IMG/VR virus record: IMGVR_UViG_2558309013_000001
Location: 6,779 to 70,778 of that record
Direction: 5' to 3' (one strand)
Source: a virus
Taxonomy: Duplodnaviria > Caudoviricetes
Length of the DNA stretch: 64,000 nt
In this document: positions 59,825 to 64,000 of the stretch, piece by piece
Position numbering within the stretch: the first letter of the stretch is position 1
Layout of the letters: the number at the start of each line of letters is the position of its first letter
Notes under the pieces: generated by a model
What the model saw: the letters and a program-made list of their open reading frames with translations, nothing else
What the model was told of the DNA's origin: nothing
The model's database searches: none
Program-made: the position numbers and the translations under genes

Positions 59825-60403
59825 TCAAGGTGACTGATGTAGTCCTATTGTCTCAAAGTGAAGAAGATACATTGGGTTGCTCCCCTTTATAATGTATAGG
59901 CTATTGAACTGATCAAGCACAGTGAATGTGAAATTGCCCTCAACAGTCTCAGCCATGTACTGTAAGCTGTCAAAGTCAAGCTTACCTTGCTTCTCTATCA
60001 GTTGAACGCCAATGTAGCTATCTGTGTCAATATATGTGTTAGGTATGGTTCCGTCTTTTCGAAGTTCCTTATCATTCCATAATACTCCATTATGAGCGAA
60101 AGCAAACTCCTTATCAGCATGGCCGGCGAAAGGATGATTGTTGTAATTCTGCTTCCTGTCGCCTTGCGTTGCTAACCGCGTATGTCCCATAATCGCCTTT
60201 GTGCCGTCAGGCGCATTGAAATGTATCTTATGTGAAGGCTTGGGCCGTTTGAATATAGTGACTTTGCCATCTATTACGTAGCTGATACCTGCTGCATCTG
60301 TCCCTCTTTCTTCAGCTGCATTCGCCAGTGCCTGGGTAAGTTTCTTCAGAACCCTGTAAGGTACTATTCCTTTATAATCGAGCCATCCAAACAATGCACA
60401 CAT
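59825..60403 (-). pseudogene. Class II glutamine amidotransferase, C-terminally truncated
   Basis: MC.LFG N-terminal Cys, RG.DA.G, GHTR.AT.G, NNHPF, AHNG, DTDS; ends abruptly after KGSNP. Confidence 0.75.
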
Positions 60404-60406
60404 AGT

Positions 60407-60550
60407 TCATTTCTCCTCCTTATCGTCATTACAGCCGATAGCACCGCCTGCAATCAGTATTGTTGCTATCGTGCCAACAGCCTTCAAAACGTCTTTTATG
60501 TCCTGTTCTGTCTCAGGTTCGATATCAAAAATATCCGCTAAAAGTCCCAT
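60407..60550 (-). CDS. Small hypothetical protein (47 aa; not in ORF track)
   Basis: MGLLADIFDIEPE...; tightly coupled to both neighbours. Confidence 0.5.
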   Translation of the reverse strand: MGLLADIFDIEPETEQDIKDVLKAVGTIATILIAGGAIGCNDDKEEK

Positions 60551-61659
60551 CACATTTCCTCCTGTGTTTCAATTTCTTCGTTGATATAAAGCCTACGCTC
60601 TTTCAGGTACTGGATCAATTCAGGTTCTTTTACCGTATCTACGAACTCACTCCAGCTCATATTCGCTATGCCTTCATCTGTCAGACTGATAGCGAGATCG
60701 CAGATAGCGTTTACAAGCTCAAGCGCTGCAATAAGAGTGTTATACTTGAGCGTGCCTCTGAAAAGTCTGAACTCGATTGTGGTGTAATTCATTAAGTTCA
60801 CAGCTGCATATCTGCCGTTATTACCCTTTTTAGCCTTATCGAGAATTTCACGACCTGTCTTTTCAAAGCCATATCGCGCAGCCCAGCGGTTCATACTGTA
60901 CTCAGTTCGGCGACTGAACTTAAGCATCTCGTTCCAGTGATGTTCGATAAAGTACAAGATACGGGCAATAACTTCATCCTGTTCCTCACGACTATCACCT
61001 AGACAGCTTCTGTTGACGTGAATATGAAGTCCGCAGGTACTTGTCTGATGTGAGCGATATCCCAGATATATAGCCTTTTTCATGATATCTTCCCACTGAA
61101 ACTGTTTATGAAAATCCAGGCTCATGGGGTGTGTAACAAGCTCCATACCATCATCGAGACTGCCATCACCTTTGATGTATATGTGTTCATCGTCTTTATT
61201 GGCAATTAAGAGCAATTCATCAGCATTATCGCTGTCTTTACCTGCTCCGTCAATCTCAAGTTCAACGCCGAAATATCGCTTGGAATCACCGTAAAAGATA
61301 GGCTCAGGCTTGTAACCGTAATCATGGATAGAGCGGTTCTTATCGACTTCATCGTGGTAGCATTCCGAGCAGTAATCGTAACCGTCAAGATGATAAGCAT
61401 CATCTTCGTGTAAAAGAGCATCACAGCAGCTGCATCGGGTGTAATGGTTGTGATAACAGTGACTACAGAGCGTTGTATAATCATCACCATAGCTTTCACT
61501 TGTCCAGATTATAGCACCGCACCTGTCACATGTGGTAGTGTGCTGTTCTACGCAATCTGTACAAACGATTTCACCGTCAATAGTCTCATAGTCTTCGTCT
61601 TCGCTTATAACTGCTCCGCAGTGGGAGCAATACAGGACGTTTTCATTCTTTTCTTCCAT
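60550..61659 (-). CDS. Amidoligase family protein with N-terminal Cys-rich zinc repeats
   Basis: Repeated CxxC; FGVELE, DGSL, ELVTHP, CGLHIH, RYAAVN, TIEFRLF. Confidence 0.85.
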   Translation of the reverse strand: MEEKNENVLYCSHCGAVISEDEDYETIDGEIVCTDCVEQHTTTCDRCGAIIWTSESYGDDYTTLCSHCYHNHYTRCSCCDALLHEDDAYHLDGYDYCSECYHDEVDKNRSIHDYGYKPEPIFYGDSKRYFGVELEIDGAGKDSDNADELLLIANKDDEHIYIKGDGSLDDGMELVTHPMSLDFHKQFQWEDIMKKAIYLGYRSHQTSTCGLHIHVNRSCLGDSREEQDEVIARILYFIEHHWNEMLKFSRRTEYSMNRWAARYGFEKTGREILDKAKKGNNGRYAAVNLMNYTTIEFRLFRGTLKYNTLIAALELVNAICDLAISLTDEGIANMSWSEFVDTVKEPELIQYLKERRLYINEEIETQEEM

Positions 61660-61714
61660 TGTTAAAACCTCCGTAAATAGAAAGAACCAGCCCCCTAAGG
61701 GGCTGGCTTTACAT

Positions 61715-61999
61715 TCAATATTCCTCTGCTAAAAGCATCGTGCTGTGGTCTCCGTCATCTATGATATACAGCTTTTCTGTAATAGGTGTATCTGACGGTA
61801 TAAGATACGTCATACGGTATTCAGGCTCTTCCGAGCTATGTGTTATAGCTTGCATAGGACCAGCTGCACTCAGTTCAAAGACCTGTAGATAGTCCTTCGG
61901 AGCAGGCATACTCTCAACACACTCCCATAGAAACAGCTGCAGTTCCAATGGGATCGTACTATCAACTCCACAGGTCAGATAACGTTCGTTATCAAACAC
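61715..61999 (-). CDS. DUF960 family protein
   Basis: RYLT.GV...IP.ELQ..LW, DYLQVF.L, H..E.P.Y, IDDG..STMLLAEEY. Confidence 0.85.
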   Translation of the reverse strand: MFDNERYLTCGVDSTIPLELQLFLWECVESMPAPKDYLQVFELSAAGPMQAITHSSEEPEYRMTYLIPSDTPITEKLYIIDDGDHSTMLLAEEY

Positions 62000-62333
62000 G
62001 GTATCATTTCCTCCTTTCACATTTTGTTGGTGACAAAAGCTTCTGTCACATTAACAATATACATATGCAAAAGGAGAATAATAGGAAGGTGGCTGTGAAT
62101 TGGCCAAAAATGTAACAACAATTATCATTACATGATAATGATGTATATATCAAAAAATGAAATAATCGGAATTGCGCCTTTCCAAACCGTATTTGTACTG
62201 GCCATAAGCACAAAAACACCCTCTTCTTATTGTACAAAAAAGAGATTTATCGAATCCTATACTCGCATTTAGGAAATCTTAACAATGACATGGTATAATA
62301 TAGGTATACTCATAGCAGATGGGGGGATGAAAA

Positions 62334-62969
62334 ATGGTCTTTTTAGTTCTGGGAATAATTGCCTTGATTATTTGGGGTATTTGGTACCTTATTGATTCTG
62401 CAAGTTCTAGCGGTAGTAGCGGTGGTAATTACCATGATCCTAACATTTTTGACTGGAATCCTACTCCTGAGTACAAACAAGTCGGTATGCAGGGAGAAGC
62501 GACCGCTGTAAGAGCTATCATGTCCATTTTACGAGATGATGATAGGTTGTTTACTAATGTTCATGTTGAATATGATGGAAAAGAAACAGAGCTTGATACC
62601 GTAATCGTCAACAAATACGGTGTTTTCATAATAGAAGTCAAGAACTATGTTGGGTATATTACCGGCGGTGAAGATGATTATGACTGGATAAAGTACAAGA
62701 CTACTGATGCAGGTAATACATACGGAAATACTGTCAAAAATCCAATCAAACAAGTGAAACGCCAGATATATATTCTGGCCCGATACCTTGAGTATTATGG
62801 TTCAAAGGTATGGGTTCGGGGATATGCTCTTCTTATTCACGGCAACAGCCCGGTCGAAAGTGAATATGTCTTATGGAGTATTCAAGATATTGATAGAGCT
62901 ATCCATACACCTGACCGAAAGATGCTGAATAAGCAAACAATAGATGCTATATCTAAATTACTTTCTTGA
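62334..62969 (+). CDS. Membrane-anchored NERD domain protein
   Basis: N-terminal TM; G..GE, ELD.VIV...GVFIIEVKN, NPIKQ. Confidence 0.88.
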   Translation: MVFLVLGIIALIIWGIWYLIDSASSSGSSGGNYHDPNIFDWNPTPEYKQVGMQGEATAVRAIMSILRDDDRLFTNVHVEYDGKETELDTVIVNKYGVFIIEVKNYVGYITGGEDDYDWIKYKTTDAGNTYGNTVKNPIKQVKRQIYILARYLEYYGSKVWVRGYALLIHGNSPVESEYVLWSIQDIDRAIHTPDRKMLNKQTIDAISKLLS

Positions 62970-63003
62970 AAAGCTTATCATCAATAAGCTTTCCCTTTGG
63001 GAT

Positions 63004-63108
63004 AGGCGGCGCGCGATTGTTGTTATCACCACTTAGATCTCAATATACGAAAGAACTGAATATTTCCATATTTCAAAATCAGAAAGAACAACAATCACGC
63101 GCCGCCTG
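63004..63108. repeat. 21-bp inverted repeat around a ~62-bp loop
   Basis: AGGCGGCGCGCGATTGTTGTT / AACAACAATCACGCGCCGCCT, 1 mismatch. Confidence 0.75.
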
Positions 63109-63205
63109 ACGATAGCGTGTTCCAATCAATAGTTTACATTTTTGCATAGAAATCATTTTGTCCTTGTGCTATAATGCAAGTAAGAAAAGGGAAAGAGGCG
63201 ATAAT

Positions 63206-64000
63206 GTGCCGTTTAAGATCATAAGGAATGATATCACAAAGGTAGAGGCTGATGTGATAGTAAATACTGCAAATCCCGAACCTGTTGTCGGAGATGGAAC
63301 TGATAGTGCCGTATATCAAGCAGCTGGGAAAGAAAACCTTTTAGAGGAACGCATAAAGATCGGCAAGCTCTCTCCGGGACAAGCCGCTATTACCCCTGCC
63401 TTTGATATTTCTGCGAAGTATATAATACATACGGTTGGGCCGATCTGGAAAGACGGAAAGCAGGGAGAAGACGATATACTCCGCTCCTGTTACTCGAATT
63501 CTCTCTTATTAGCGGAGCAGGTTAATGCTGAAAGCATTGCTTTTCCGCTTATAGCTACGGGAGTATATGGCTTCCCGAAGAATGAAGCCCTTGATATAGC
63601 CCTTTCGGAGATTGGGAAGTTTTTGTTGACACATGATATGGAGATCATTCTCGTTGTATTCGATAAGGAGTCATTTCAGATATCTGAACAGTTGATGGGA
63701 GAAATCGACCAATACATCGATGAATTCGGTATCAAGGAGCTTTATACTGACGAATATACTGAACGAACCGATATGTATCGTCGGAGACGGTTGCAGGAGC
63801 AGGCTGATTATGAAATTGATGAAGAAATATCATCAGCATATGCACCGATAATTGCTGAGAATGATGACAGTAGTCTTGAGGATATTCTCGATAACACCGG
63901 TGAAACATTCCAACAGTGCCTGTTAAGACTCATACGCGAAAGCGGCGTTGATGAAGTTGAGATCTATAAGAAGGCTAATATCGATAGAAAGCTCTTCTGA
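63206..64000 (+). CDS. Macro-domain (ADP-ribose-processing) protein with probable C-terminal HTH; runs off window
   Basis: DIT....D.IVNTAN, G.G.D.A....AG, YIIHTVGP.W, SIAFPLIATG.YGFP; KKANIDRKLF. Confidence 0.88.
   Translation: MPFKIIRNDITKVEADVIVNTANPEPVVGDGTDSAVYQAAGKENLLEERIKIGKLSPGQAAITPAFDISAKYIIHTVGPIWKDGKQGEDDILRSCYSNSLLLAEQVNAESIAFPLIATGVYGFPKNEALDIALSEIGKFLLTHDMEIILVVFDKESFQISEQLMGEIDQYIDEFGIKELYTDEYTERTDMYRRRRLQEQADYEIDEEISSAYAPIIAENDDSSLEDILDNTGETFQQCLLRLIRESGVDEVEIYKKANIDRKLF

Noticed and set aside
59427-59828. Short ORFs 59427-59633 and 59613-59828
   Set aside because: Look like fragments around a deletion junction; no supportable product
62163-62174. TAATCGGAATTG resembling the cassette border
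   Set aside because: No partner repeat and not adjacent to an RBS/ORF; likely chance. Similar partial hits at ~7131 and ~46843 are inside coding genes
1-64000. tRNA or rRNA genes
   Set aside because: No cloverleaf or rRNA-like sequence recognised by eye; tRNAscan-SE/barrnap would confirm

Overview
Clostridial (Ruminococcus-like, inferred from secreted-protein style) chromosomal window dominated by a ~43 kb Siphoviridae-type prophage (~2.6-45.9 kb). It runs: replication/recombination module, late activator, HNH/terminase, ParB-methylase, an amidoligase-containing accessory block, HK97-type head, phi13-type tail with a -1 frameshifted chaperone, tape measure, baseplate with LRR and collagen-like proteins, holin/amidase and two large serine recombinases. 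No repressor module is visible. To the right lie an AAA/PD-(D/E)XK gene, a second integrative element (XRE, AAA_25, serine recombinase, two paralogous accessory genes), a decayed IS66, ABC/GGDEF-like host genes and remnants of a third mobile element (DUF960, amidoligase, GATase, ogt), then NERD and macro-domain genes. The most notable signal: several unrelated single-gene insertions between core phage genes are bounded by the same 12-15 bp inverted repeat (AAATCGGAATTT upstream, AAATTCTGATTT downstream), with a sigma-A promoter lying outside the repeats. This suggests an uncharacterised gene-cassette system. Three such cargo units are stacked in the gpT-tape measure slot between duplicated core-gene ends. 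Family assignments come from motif recognition, not database searches.
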